DNA of 40,205 nt from Octopus bimaculoides (lineage: Eukaryota), in NCBI RefSeq assembly GCF_001194135.2, contig NC_068990.1, positions 12,945,411-12,985,615 on the forward strand. The letters run 5' to 3'. Numbering within the stretch: the first letter of the stretch is position 1; each line of letters opens with the position of its first letter. Shown in pieces: positions 10,391 through 21,490 of this stretch. Under the pieces are notes generated by a model that was not told where the DNA came from, searched no databases, and worked only from the letters and a program-made list of their open reading frames with translations. Both the position numbers and the translations under genes were made by a program.

Positions 10391-10561
10391 AGTTCTATAT
10401 TTAAGAGATGAAGAATTACGTACATTATTTACATTATTTACAGTTGACGGATATTTGTCCGCCTGATGAAGGCTAGAGGGGTATATCAGCCGAAATGTTA
10501 TGCTAACAACAAACAAGACGAGGACAATTATCCGTCAACTGTAAATAATGTAAATAATGTA
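10391..10561 (+). mobile_element. Penelope-like relic: inverted H1 tail joined to hammerhead + tail
   Basis: 40-bp inverted repeat 10421-10460 / 10522-10561 (1 mismatch) enclosing the hammerhead core. Confidence 0.8.
10461..10500 (+). ncRNA. Minimal hammerhead-like motif H1 with intact CUGAUGA and GAAA
   Basis: CUGAUGA 10463-10469, extra A, stem II GGCU/AGCC, GAAA 10492-10495, then UG-UU. The 5' strand of stem I is lost at the inversion junction. Confidence 0.65.
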
Positions 10562-10814
10562 TGAAATATTTTTGTCAAGACATTCTAACCCATAACTTTG
10601 GTGGCATTTATGACTTGCAAATGGATTTGAGTGATTAGGTTCCTTACTAATTCAAGCAGCCCTTAAATTCCAACTTGAACTCAATTTCTTTTGACCAGAT
10701 ATTACGTTAATGATTTAATTAGATAAGAACATTGATATAAGTAAAGAAAAATATTCGACATTACTCTCATTAGCTCTCTTAGTTTTTATGTGCTCATAGT
10801 CAGTGTTGTGAAGA

Positions 10815-11045
10815 CATGTGAACTGGTGGTTAGGGTTACTCAAAATTGCAAGATTGTGGTTTCAATTCCTGGACTGGGCAAGACAATGCATTCTTGAGAA
10901 AAACACTCCCTGTCTCCCCAGTTCACTTCAGCTGTAAATGAGTAAACCCATGACAGATCATCAGTTCCTTTAGATGTGTGTTGTGATCTTTTATATGGCA
11001 TGGAAGCCAGGTGACTGACTCTATGAGTTCTAGGATCTGATACAG
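10815..11045 (+). mobile_element. SINE family D
   Basis: ggtggttagggt...gattgtggtttcaattcctggactggg...ttcttgagaaaaacact...cagctgtaaatgagtaaaccc. Confidence 0.7.
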
Positions 11046-11122
11046 TAATATCAAGGAGGTGATGATGGTTTGTCATGTAAGATGGCCAAGTTGAATATCA
11101 TAATTTATTTCAGTCTGCAGTG

Positions 11123-11384
11123 CAAACCTTTTCAAGACCATAGTTCTCATAAAATACAATTCCTTTGTGTTTCAATTAATTTCAAAAACTAATCAAAGAT
11201 TTGTAGAGGTATATACTATGATAAATTTTCAGTGTTAATTTGGTGATTGGAGTATAAGGTTAATAAGGAGTTCTTATGTAGAATAATAATGGAAGGTTTT
11301 CATATAAATCTGACTACTTTTCAATTAGAGGTTTTAAATCAAACACCAAAAGTGTCTCCTGGGTGTAGGTCTCAAAAGGACTAA
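11123..11384 (+). mobile_element. piggyBac-like MITE P1, strongly diverged
   Basis: Ends aaaccttttc... and ...ctcaaaaggactaa; the interior tttgtgtttcaattaattt resembles the other P1 copies. Confidence 0.45.
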
Positions 11385-11729
11385 AGGTCTTTTGTTTTAT
11401 TCAGCTTATCAAAATAAGAATATATTTTGATAATATATGTATATATAATAGGAGATTCTTATTACATAGTTTGAATGTTCCATCTAAATGAGATCTTAAA
11501 AATAGAAATAGAAACAATCATTGATGATTGCTAAAACTGGAAAAGTCTGAAGCTTGATTCTAAATTTTTACTGGCTCCAGTCACTGGACTGTGTCCATTC
11601 TGGAGTACTACTGTCAAGGTTTACATTGATTATATTTGCCCTTGCAACCTAAAAGGATCCAACATAAAAAAACAGTAGTTCCTCTTATCTCTATAATAAA
11701 CATAAAAAGTCTGTTACAGCGTTACTCGC

Positions 11730-11863
11730 TTTCGCCAGCTGAGTAGACTCGAACAACATGAAATGAAGTGTCTTGCTCAAGAACACATCACCCGGTCCAG
11801 GAATCGAAACCACAATTTTACAATCATGAGTCCAACGCCCTAACCACTAAACCATGCACCTTC
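11730..11863 (-). mobile_element. SINE family D, well-preserved head
   Basis: Minus strand A box tggtttagtgg and B box ggtttcgattcc, followed by gtgttcttgagcaagacacttcatttc. Confidence 0.85.
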
Positions 11864-12775
11864 ATTCAGCAATAAATGGGTAACCCTGTGATGGATTACC
11901 CTTCTCAGGGACAGTACTGCTTATATTTCTTTATGTATATGTTACACCTGTAATTTAGTGTTAAATCTTGGTGTGCAAATTTTTTCCCTTCATAGTTTTA
12001 GCTTTGCCCTGTCTATAAGTTGCAACCCTGCTTCTTTAATTCAAGTATGAAATAGTACAACTTATACACAAGTAAATGCATTAGTTTGTACAATTTATTT
12101 AGAGATGTTTTAGTCTTATTGCTTCTCCTATTACATTTGATGTTCCATTTGTCTCAAGTCACTTGATAAACAACTGCTATATTTTTTTTATCATCTCACT
12201 CAGAATTCTTGCAGTTGTACTATAATTAAAATATTTGATTTACAATTGAATCAATGAGGGAGATGCAACATGATCGTTTTGTGCGCTAGAAATAGCAGCC
12301 ATATCTTCAACAAACTTATATTAAAAATGGAAAGATACATTAGAAATAGACAAGATCAACTTGTGTTATTTTCAGCACCAGAAAATAGATGATATATTAA
12401 TTTATATCACATGTCCTAGAAAAAATAAAATGAAAGGACATTTTGCAATGAATAATGCATATTTAAAAGTATATTTAATACAAAAATAAAAACATTAAAC
12501 TGTATGAAAGTTTTCTTTTTTTTTTTTTTGTGAAGCCTCACCCAAAAGAAAATTCAAAATAAAACATTATTTGCAGAAGTTAATTTTAAGTCAGCTGAAA
12601 TAAAAATTTTCTATTCATGACTTCTGATAAAATGTACAGTAAAACAAATATATTAGAAAAAATTATTTAAAGAGTTTCTTGTAGAAAGTGAAAGTAGATT
12701 AATTGAAAGTCTAAATTGCTAATTCTTTAAGAGACAGACATACAGACTGTAGGTAATGTTGATTAACCCGTTAAG

Positions 12776-13205
12776 ATGGCGAGCTGGCAGAAACGTTAGC
12801 ACACCGGGTGAAATGTTTAGCGGTATTTAGTCTGCAGTTATGTTCTGAGTTCAAATTCTGCCGAGGTCGACTTTATCTTTCATCTTCTCGGGGTCGATAA
12901 ATTAAGTACCAGTTGCACACTGGGCTCGATGTAATCGACTTAATCCTTGTCTGTCCTTGTTTGTCCCCTCTGTGTGTAGCCCCTTGTGGGCAATAAAGAA
13001 ATAAGAAACATTAGCACACTGGGTGAAATGCTTAGCAGCATTTTGTCTGTCTTTACGTTCTCAGTTCAAATTCCGCCAAGGTCGACTTTGCCTTTCATCC
13101 TTTATGGGTCGATGAATTAAGTACCAGTTGTGTACTGGAGTCGATCTAATCGACTGCCCCCACTCCCCCAAAATTTTGGACCTTGTGCCCAGATTAGAAA
13201 AGAAC
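12776..13205 (+). mobile_element. Dimeric SINE family A insertion
   Basis: Two tandem A bodies; imperfect flanking direct repeat aatgttgattaaccc (12755-12769) / aacgtagattaaccc (13203-13217). Confidence 0.9.
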
Positions 13206-13385
13206 GTAGATTAACCCTTTTGTGGTAAAATGATTTTTTTTACCAAGTTTTGAGGAAAATTTTATCCTTTGAAATCTTGTCTTTTATCTCGTATCATTAG
13301 ATTGTGGCCATGCTGGGGCATTGCCTTGAAGAATTTTTAGTTGAATGATTGACCCCCACCCACCAGCATTTTTTGTTGAGCCTAG

Positions 13386-13467
13386 CAGTGGTGGATCTAC
13401 TATAAAACTAATGAAGCTTAAGCTTCAGGTCTCCTAATACCTGAAGAGCCCCTTCTGCTCAACTTAA
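13386..13467 (+). mobile_element. Possible hAT-like terminal fragment
   Basis: cagtggtggatcta...tgaagcttaagcttcagg resembles hAT termini I recall; no matching right TIR found. Confidence 0.35.
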
Positions 13468-15189
13468 TTTTTTCATTCTGTCAATATTTTTCTTTTTGTA
13501 TTTTGCCATGCAGACAGGGCCGATAAAACGAAATAGACTGAGACAATAAATAGAAATAAACAGAAAAGTTTAATTCTCTCAAATTTAAGTTCTGTCTCCA
13601 AGAGGAACATGGTACCAGGAAAGTGACAAAGAAACAGTAAAAGACATGTATGTAGATGTGTGTGTGTATGTATGTATGTATGTATGTATGCATTAATGTG
13701 TGTGTGTGTATGTATGAATGTATATAGAGAAGTAGACTGAAAAATAAGTTTTATTGTCTAGTTGAATTCTTGCTTCCAGTACAACTAACTAATGATGACC
13801 TCAAACTGACCATTTAAAAAAAAGGGGCATGCATACACACACACACATATTAGCACTGCTAAGCTTTATTAATTCAGTAAGTCTTTGAAATCTTCCTAAC
13901 AGGTAAATACAAAATATGTTCCAAAAGTTAGATTTTTATTTTTGTTTTAATTATAAAATTGCATCTCTCAACAGCTAAAAGCACTTTTTCTTTTCTTGGT
14001 GGGGGGGGGCTTTAAAATTATTGCATATATGTTCAAATATTATTTTTGTAGATCTAACCATTTTCTTCAGGTAAAATGAGTAATATCTGATTTCTTGTTA
14101 TTTTTTTCCTTACTAGTTTGAAAACATTTTATTACATTTTACATTCTGAAACATTTTCAATTTTTATCTAAAAAAAAGTCTTTCTCTCCTTTATTGTATT
14201 TTCACTATGAAGAAAAAGCCAACACCACAAGTGCATGTATGAAAAACGAAATTAGAATTTTAAAAAGAAAAGAGACATTTTCAATCGTTTAAAACGTATA
14301 AAAAANNNNNNNNNNNNNNNNNNNNNNNNNNNNNNNNNNNNNNNNNNNNNNNNNNNNNNNNNNNNNNNNNNNNNNNNNNNNNNNNNNNNNNNNNNNNNNN
14401 NNNNNNNNNNNNNNNNNNNNNNNNNNNNNNNNNNNNNNNNNNNNNNNNNNNNNNNNNNNNNNNNNNNNNNNNNNNNNNNNNNNNNNNNNNNNNNNNNNNN
14501 NNNNNNNNNNNNNNNNNNNNNNNNNNNNNNNNNNNNNNNNNNNNNNNNNNNNNNNNNNNNNNNNNNNNNNNNNNNNNNNNNNNNNNNNNNNNNNNNNNNN
14601 NNNNNNNNNNNNNNNNNNNNNNNNNNNNNNNNNNNNNNNNNNNNNNNNNNNNNNNNNNNNNNNNNNNNNNNNNNNNNNNNNNNNNNNNNNNNNNNNNNNN
14701 NNNNNNNNNNNNNNNNNNNNNNNNNNNNNNNNNNNNNNNNNNNNNNNNNNNNNNNNNNNNNNNNNNNNNNNNNNNNNNNNNNNNNNNNNNNNNNNNNNNN
14801 NNNNNNNNNNACATGTGGTTGAGGGTCTTTTGGAATTAAGAGAAGTATGTAAAAATTAGTTTTTTTGCACCACACACATGACAACCAAATGATTTTCTTT
14901 TTAATTTTTACTGTTTTGGTAATTCATATTTAGAAAGTGGATCTTTGGTTCGGCTGTTGTTTCTAGCTTGTCGAACTTTCCGGTTGGAGCGTACTTAAAA
15001 AGTCAATATTTTGAAAACCCAAAAAACATGTTTCCAAATTTTCATTTCCCCACTCTCCATCCCTCTGGTGATTTTCAGCCAGCACATGAAGTTAAGCCTA
15101 GAAGGTCTCTCCACATGCTAGAAATAACAAAACAAGTAAGAAACTCCAAACCCCTGGTTTTAATATATTTGAAGGTTATCTTCTGCTAG

Positions 15190-15990
15190 CATCTTTGCTT
15201 TCATTTGCTAAAGAAATGCGAGAAAATTCAGCCGACATTTATGTGAAGATATCACCTCAAATTATTAGGATGCTTCCAAATGCATTGTTACAAAGAAATT
15301 TGCAGATGGAACAAGTGATAGAGCTACTTTGAAAGGGGGTGAAAAATTTAGGATAGAAATTCTGAGGATGGAACCATATAAGCGGATTGTGAAAAGGTTC
15401 AAGTTTCTGTCAGACTTGATGAACAATTCAGAATTTGATGAGGACAGTACCAAACTTATATTGCCTTGCAAAGACAATATTGACCACAAATTAATAAATG
15501 ATTGTTATCAGTTCAAAGTGTATTTACACCTTGGGAAATCGTGGAACACAGAAGATAACACACCATCAAAAATGCACGGAACAGAAGTTCTTCAGCTTAT
15601 TTATGAGCAGTAATTAATTGACGTGTTCCCTAATATTCTTTTCTACTCTAGGCACAAGGTCCAAAATTTGGGGGGAGGGGGCCAGTCGATTAGATTGACC
15701 CCAGTACACATCTGGTATTTAATTTATCAACCTCAAAAGGATGAAAGGCAAAGTCAACCACGGCGAAATTTTAGTGTTCCCTAATATTACTACTGCACTT
15801 CAGCTGTACTTGTCAGTGCCTACCATGAGCTGTGAGGCAGAAAAGAATTTCTCAAAGCTTTCCTTTACAAAGAATAAATTTTGGTCTACCATGACTGAAG
15901 AGCACTTAAATTCCTTATGCATATTGTAACTAGAAAATGATATTGCAAGGAAGCTCTCATAGCACAAAACTGTAAGGAAATAGGTTGCTA
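15190..15990 (+). pseudogene. hAT transposase relic, C-terminal dimerisation domain (ZMYM1-like / Dimer_Tnp_hAT type)
   Basis: After removing the SINE: YEQ*LIDVFPNITTALQLYLSVPTMSCEAEKNFSKLSFTKNKFWSTMTEEHLNSLCIL*LENDIARKL, matching the FPN...L.LP.TS...ERSFS.L..IK..LRSTM...RL..L pattern; contains in-frame stops. Confidence 0.9.
15638..15773 (-). mobile_element. 5'-truncated SINE-A inserted in the hAT relic
   Basis: Perfect 15-bp TSD gtgttccctaatatt at 15623-15637 and 15774-15788. Confidence 0.92.
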
Positions 15991-16324
15991 TAAAAAAAAT
16001 AGAAAAAAAAGAGTATTTTGTAATTTTCATATTTATCTTAAATATAAGATTAATATTAGATTATATAAACTGTGGTATTTTGAAAACCCAAAAAACACGT
16101 TTCCAAATTTATGTTTTATGTCTTTATTCTCTGATGCATCATGCATGTATATAATACTTCCCTTATTTTCAACCCCCATGACTCTAAAAGTATAAAGCAT
16201 AGTCTGGAAGATAGTTTTTGATACCAGTGTCTTTAAGTATCACAATCTGAAATGTAGTGCTTAAATTTGTAAAGAAAGATGTAATGATCTGCCATGGAAC
16301 AACCACATCGACAAAGAGTACCAG

Positions 16325-16483
16325 TCAATTAGGTCGACTCCAGTATACAACTGGTACTTAATTATCAACCCCGAAAAGATGAAAGGCAAAGTCGACCTCA
16401 GTGGAATTTGAACTCAGAACATAAAGACACACAAAATGCCACTAAGCATTTCGCCCAGCATGCTAATGTTTCTGCCAGCTTGC
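16325..16483 (-). mobile_element. SINE family A
   Basis: aactggtacttaattatcaacccc...gcaaagtcgacctc...gaatttgaactcagaac...ttctgccagctt. Confidence 0.85.
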
Positions 16484-16564
16484 TGTCTTGGTATTACTAA
16501 TATTAGATGTTGATGGATATCGGCATATGAAAATAAAGGTACAAGTGGAGCTCTAATTTGATGC

Positions 16565-16668
16565 AGATACATGCAATTAAATCCCTCCAAATTACTGAAT
16601 ATTTTCTAAATTAACTGAAATACATACACTGTGTTCTTCATCAGAAATATGGTCATGAAAGGATTAAG
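16565..16668 (-). mobile_element. piggyBac-like MITE P1, terminal fragment
   Basis: Minus strand begins ttaatcctttcatgaccatatttctg, like the P1 left end. Confidence 0.45.
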
Positions 16669-18231
16669 GGATGATAAAACAGACTAATTAAATAATTGAT
16701 AGAAAATAATACAATTAAAGGAAATCAATAATGGGCAGGTTAGAGAGATGAACAGAAGGACTGAGTTATGGAAAGATAAACTGAAATAAAGGCAAATATA
16801 CAAATAGTTAGAACTAATGTTTAAAGATAAAAGAAGTCTTTAGATTAGATCTGAATGGCTCAGAGTGTAGAATAGTCATTTGCTTTCATGAAAACTGCTA
16901 TAGAGTCTACACTGGATTATCAAAGCGAGTAAATGAACATTTAAAATATCACTATTTTTAATTATGATTCATGAAAAGGAGATAGGGTAAAAGGATTCTT
17001 ATCTTTAGCTTTGATAATGTTTTATATTTGATTACCTCTTAACCTCCTATAAATAAATATTTCTAAATCTACCATAAGCCATGTAGGAAATCTCCATAGG
17101 TTTCTCTTGGTTTGTAGGTTTTATGATATGTAGGCTTACGTTAAGTTAATTAAAGCAAAAATAAGAGAGAGGAGAGAGAAGAAGAGCAGTGAAAGAATCC
17201 TAAATTGTACATAATGATTTCTAAGATATAAAATCACATGATCACCTTTTAGAATTCAATATCTCTACTGCTTGTGGACCTGTGTATAAAAGACAGTTCA
17301 GCACCCACGATTTTCAGAAACATTTTAATACTCAGAATCATTGAATCATGCACTAAACGACCTACATCTATTATTAGCTGTCAAACATTGTATATTTTTT
17401 AAAAAGTCCTGTCCCCCAAAATTCCCTAACACTACATCTTATATGCCTTTGTACCCTTTCCTCTTTATAGCTTCTTATAACTGCCCACTTATCTGTCTTT
17501 TTGTGTTTTATATTGTGTGTACTGTGTATGCACTTTTAGCAATCGTTGCAGTCTTTCTTTACTTGGCTTATAACTAGTTTCTCCTCCCTTTTCTTTGCTT
17601 TTTCCAATGAGTTGTAGTGCACCTGAATGCTGTATACAAAAAGCTCGTTATTGTTATTTTAAATTTTGAGAGTAGAGATAAGTCAGCAATATCAAGTCTA
17701 ATATTTGAATGGCACTTATTTTAGATTCAGTGGAGAATGTAAGTCAAAGTTAATAATAGCAGGAACACAGGGGTTAAAGGGAATTACGATTAAATGCCAC
17801 AAGGTATTTTTCTTATTATTCTGTCAACTCTACCAATCCATCACCCTTAGAAATTAACTAAAACAAGAAATACTAAAGAAAGGAAAAAAAAAACTGTTTA
17901 TATATATATATATATATNNNNNNNNNNNNNNNNNNNNNNNNNNNNNNNNNNNNNNNNNNNNNNNNNNNNNNNNNNNNNNNNNNNNNNNNNNNNNNNNNNN
18001 NNNNNNNNNNNNNNNNNNNNNNNNNNNNNNNNNNNNNNNNNNNNNNNNNNNNNNNNNNNNNNNNNNNNNNNNNNNNNNNNNNNNNNNNNNNNNNNNNNNN
18101 NNNNNNNNNNNNNNNNNNNNNNNNNNNNNNNNNNNNNNNNNNNNNNNNNNNNNNNNNNNNNNNNNNNNNNNNNNNNNNNNNNNNNNNNNNNNNNNNNNNN
18201 NNNNNNNNNNNNNNNNNNNNNNNNNNNNNNN

Positions 18232-18630
18232 TAAACTTCCTGTTGAAAAAGAGTTCATAACTCCAACTAAAAACATTTGTCTCCCCTTACACACACTTCC
18301 TGTTTTGACACCACACTTCCTGCTTAACACAGACTTTTAACCCTTTTTTTAAACCTACCACAACTCTCAATTCTCATGCATCCTTATTTTTCCAACCATT
18401 ATATACATGAACTACCATTGAACTTCAAAAGCTCAAAGACAATATAATGTATTGGTATAGTTATTTTTTTATTTATTATTTTTTTATATATTATTTTCTT
18501 CATTTTGTACTTCTTTGTAAAAAAAATTTTCATTCTCCTTCTTGAAAATTTGCTTCGCAATGAAAGCAGGTTAGAAATCTTTATTAAAACATGCTTCCAA
18601 TTTAGCATTCTGCCTTATTCTTCATTTTCC
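18232..18630 (+). mobile_element. One arm of the fold-back element also present at 35595-36263 (family H4)
   Basis: Collinear with both arms of the 35.6-36.3 kb palindrome; starts at the gap with the centre sequence taaacttcc and ends in (TA)n. Confidence 0.85.
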
Positions 18631-18667
18631 TATATATATATAGTAATGGGGTGAATATTTAACTCAC

Positions 18668-18880
18668 CCCTCTGGTGCCATGTAAAAATCACCTATGTCA
18701 GTGCAACATAGAAAGCATTCTGTATACTCTGTAAAGTGGTTGGCATTAGGAAGGCATCCAAACTGTAGAACCCATGCCAAAACAGACGACCAGGGCCGGT
18801 GCAGCTCACTGGCTTGTCAGCTCCTGTCAAACCATTCAACCCATACCAGTTTTGGGAATAGACGTTCAATGATGATGGAT
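18668..18880 (+). mobile_element. Repeat family C
   Basis: ggtgccatgtaaaa...gttggcattaggaaggcatcca...gtcaaaccattcaaccca...gacgttcaatgatgatg. Confidence 0.8.
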
Positions 18881-18966
18881 TAATCCAGAGAAAGGAGTTG
18901 TGCTCATGGTTTTTACAGGATCTTTAAGATCAGTTTCGGCCACACACACACACACACACACACACA

Positions 18967-19053
18967 TACCAGAGTAAGCACATTAATGTGAAACAAGGTG
19001 GAAAAAATAGTACTAGAATACCAGAGGTAGAGTAATATGCTTTATTAATAAAG
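18967..19053 (-). mobile_element. Probable Penelope-like tail fragment (assigned to H3 by recall)
   Basis: Sits between (CA)n and (TA)n and ends in the palindrome ctttattaataaag. Overlap with 36485 is only about 7-13 bp. Confidence 0.4.
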
Positions 19054-19093
19054 TATATATACATATATATGTATGTGTGCATGCATGTATGTA

Positions 19094-19215
19094 TATGGGG
19101 GAGGGGCTGAAAAGTTTCTGGCTTTAGGTGAAACAAAATACAGGAGGATCAGTTAATTATGATTTTATTTGACATATTCCCCTCTCAGATCTACACACTT
19201 ATTTCTGTCCACTTT
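19094..19215 (+). mobile_element. mariner-like terminal fragment
   Basis: TA-tgggggaggggctgaaaagtttctggc resembles a mariner TIR; no partner TIR. Confidence 0.5.
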
Positions 19216-19269
19216 AGCATACTTTATTTAACCTCTCATCACATGGCACGAAGCCCTTCCTCACTACTA

Positions 19270-19505
19270 CAGCCATGTCAGTTTAGGGGCACTTGCAAGT
19301 TACTTAGTGACCTCAATAGTGTCCGTATCACACAAGAAGCAGCCAGTACACTCTGTGAAGTGGTTGATATTAGGAAGAGTGTCTTGCTATAGCAACCATT
19401 ACAAAGCAGTCATTGGAATTTGGTGCAGTTCTCTAGATCATCAGCTCTTGGTGGATCATTCTACCTATATCATTATGGAAAATAAACGTCCAGTGGTGAT
19501 GATTA
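19270..19505 (+). mobile_element. Repeat family C, diverged
   Basis: gtggttgatattaggaagagt...tggtgcag...catggaaaataaacgtccagtggtgatgat. Confidence 0.6.
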
Positions 19506-19774
19506 TATATATCTTACTGCTTAGTCATAGGAGGAAGTACAGTACCTTTGACTATATTTCGAAGGCCCTCTAAGACTGTTGAGTTGAAAGGGAGAAATAA
19601 ACTTGAGCTGAAGCAGTAAGAAGAAACATGTCTGTATACCAAGCTGGCCCAAATGCTTACAATAGAATGGACTCTGCTAAAATATCATGGGGCTGGGTAG
19701 TGCTGAGAAAATACCTAGGAATGGGCACACTCCAATAGAGATTTGCTTAGCTTCACCTAAGCAATTTCACTTAC

Positions 19775-19905
19775 AAGGTTTTGGTTGACTCAAGGCTGAA
19801 GTAGAAGAAAGTTGTACAAGATACTACGTAGTGAGAGTGGGGAGGGGAGAGGGTCGAACCTGGAACCACCTGATTGCTAACTGAACCTCTTAACTACACA
19901 GCCAT
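19775..19905 (-). mobile_element. SINE family B, degraded 5' part
   Basis: caaggttttggttgac...gaacctggaaccac...ctacacagccatg. Confidence 0.6.
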
Positions 19906-20745
19906 GTGGCAACTGTGTATGTTTTGATGTTGCTAATTAAATGGCCTGCACTGTACATCTCTACCTCCCCGCTAGAGAAATACTGTACTGAATGAGTTAT
20001 CTCAGCTTCGAAGAGAATTCACTATTAACTAAATGTAAACTATTTTGTCTTTGAATTATAAGTATTGTAGAAAGATCAGAGAGGTAAGTGAAATGAAGAA
20101 TATTAGTAGACAATTAAGTGTAAGATGTGAGAAAAGGTGACAAATTTAGAAATTTCTTCGGTTTAGTAAAAGACGAAAAGTAATCAGTTAAAAAGAAAAT
20201 AAAGAACACTAGAGAAGCTACATGTCATAGTTCAAGAGTAATTTAGTCTTTTGGAGTTTAAAGACAGTAAGGAAAAAGAACGAAAAAATTGTCATTATAA
20301 AGACATTCTAAAATGTGGTGAGAAAGTTTTTAATGTCTAAAAGTTATAAAAAAATAAACCCGAAAGAAAACAACTAAATAACAAAGACAGAATCAATTAT
20401 GGCTAAGATTTGAGTAAAAGGAAAGACCAGTATTATTAAATTGACTGATAATGTTGAAATAGAATGAAAAAGAAAAAAGAAAAAAGTGTGAAAAGTCAGA
20501 ATGATACAAGTAGATAGTGAAACAGATTGCAATATTTTAAGCTATAAGCCTACTCTACAACTTGTTGCAATATGTTCAGTTAGTTATCTTGTTGAATGAA
20601 ATCAAGTGGAAAAAAATACCGTCATTTCTGTATCGCATGAATTGGGCTGGGGTTCAAGGGCAGCAGTGACGGGGGTGGTAAATGAAGCAATGAAAATTAA
20701 GAATACATACATACATATCTATCTATCCCTCTCTCTCTCTCTCTC

Positions 20746-20802
<57 letters not shown>

Positions 20803-21084
20803 TTTATAAGTAGGATTTCAAATGTAACTTAAAATATTATTTCACAGTTAGTAATGATGGATACTACTTTGTTATATTTTGCCTTTGTGAATGCATTGAG
20901 TGGTTATGTGTATGATAAGGGGCACATATGTATGTAAGTATGTATACATAATTATGTGTGTGTGTGTGTGTGTGTGAAAGACGTATAAAATAATGCAAAT
21001 ACATATACTTTCGTGATCTGTATATGCAGTTCAATGATATTCTACATGTCTGATAGGCAGAAAGTATATGGAATAAAAAGAGTA

Positions 21085-21163
21085 TATGCATACATATATA
21101 TGTGTATGTATACACACACACAGTGATAAATATACATATATATATGTATGTATATATATATAC

Positions 21164-21212
<49 letters not shown>

Positions 21213-21490
21213 CATATATATGTATATATATATATACACATATATATACATATATATATATACATATATATGTATATATATATACACATATATATACATA
21301 TATGCATACATTCATTTGTATACTTTTGTATGTATATATATATAGATGGCTAAATTGATAGATATTATAAGCAATGTGTTTGGATGTATATATATATATA
21401 TATATATATGTGCATATATGTATATGCATATATGTATATGCATATCTATGAACATATAAATATATGCATATGTGTATATTCATATATGCG
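21085..21490. repeat. Complex (TA)n/(TACA)n low-complexity tract
   Basis: Directly visible; source of the YI-repeat pseudo-ORFs. Confidence 0.95.

Noticed and set aside
17290-17640. Possible degraded PLE 3' end with CTGAATG...AAAGCTCGT
   Set aside because: Too degenerate to fold as a hammerhead and single copy in the window.
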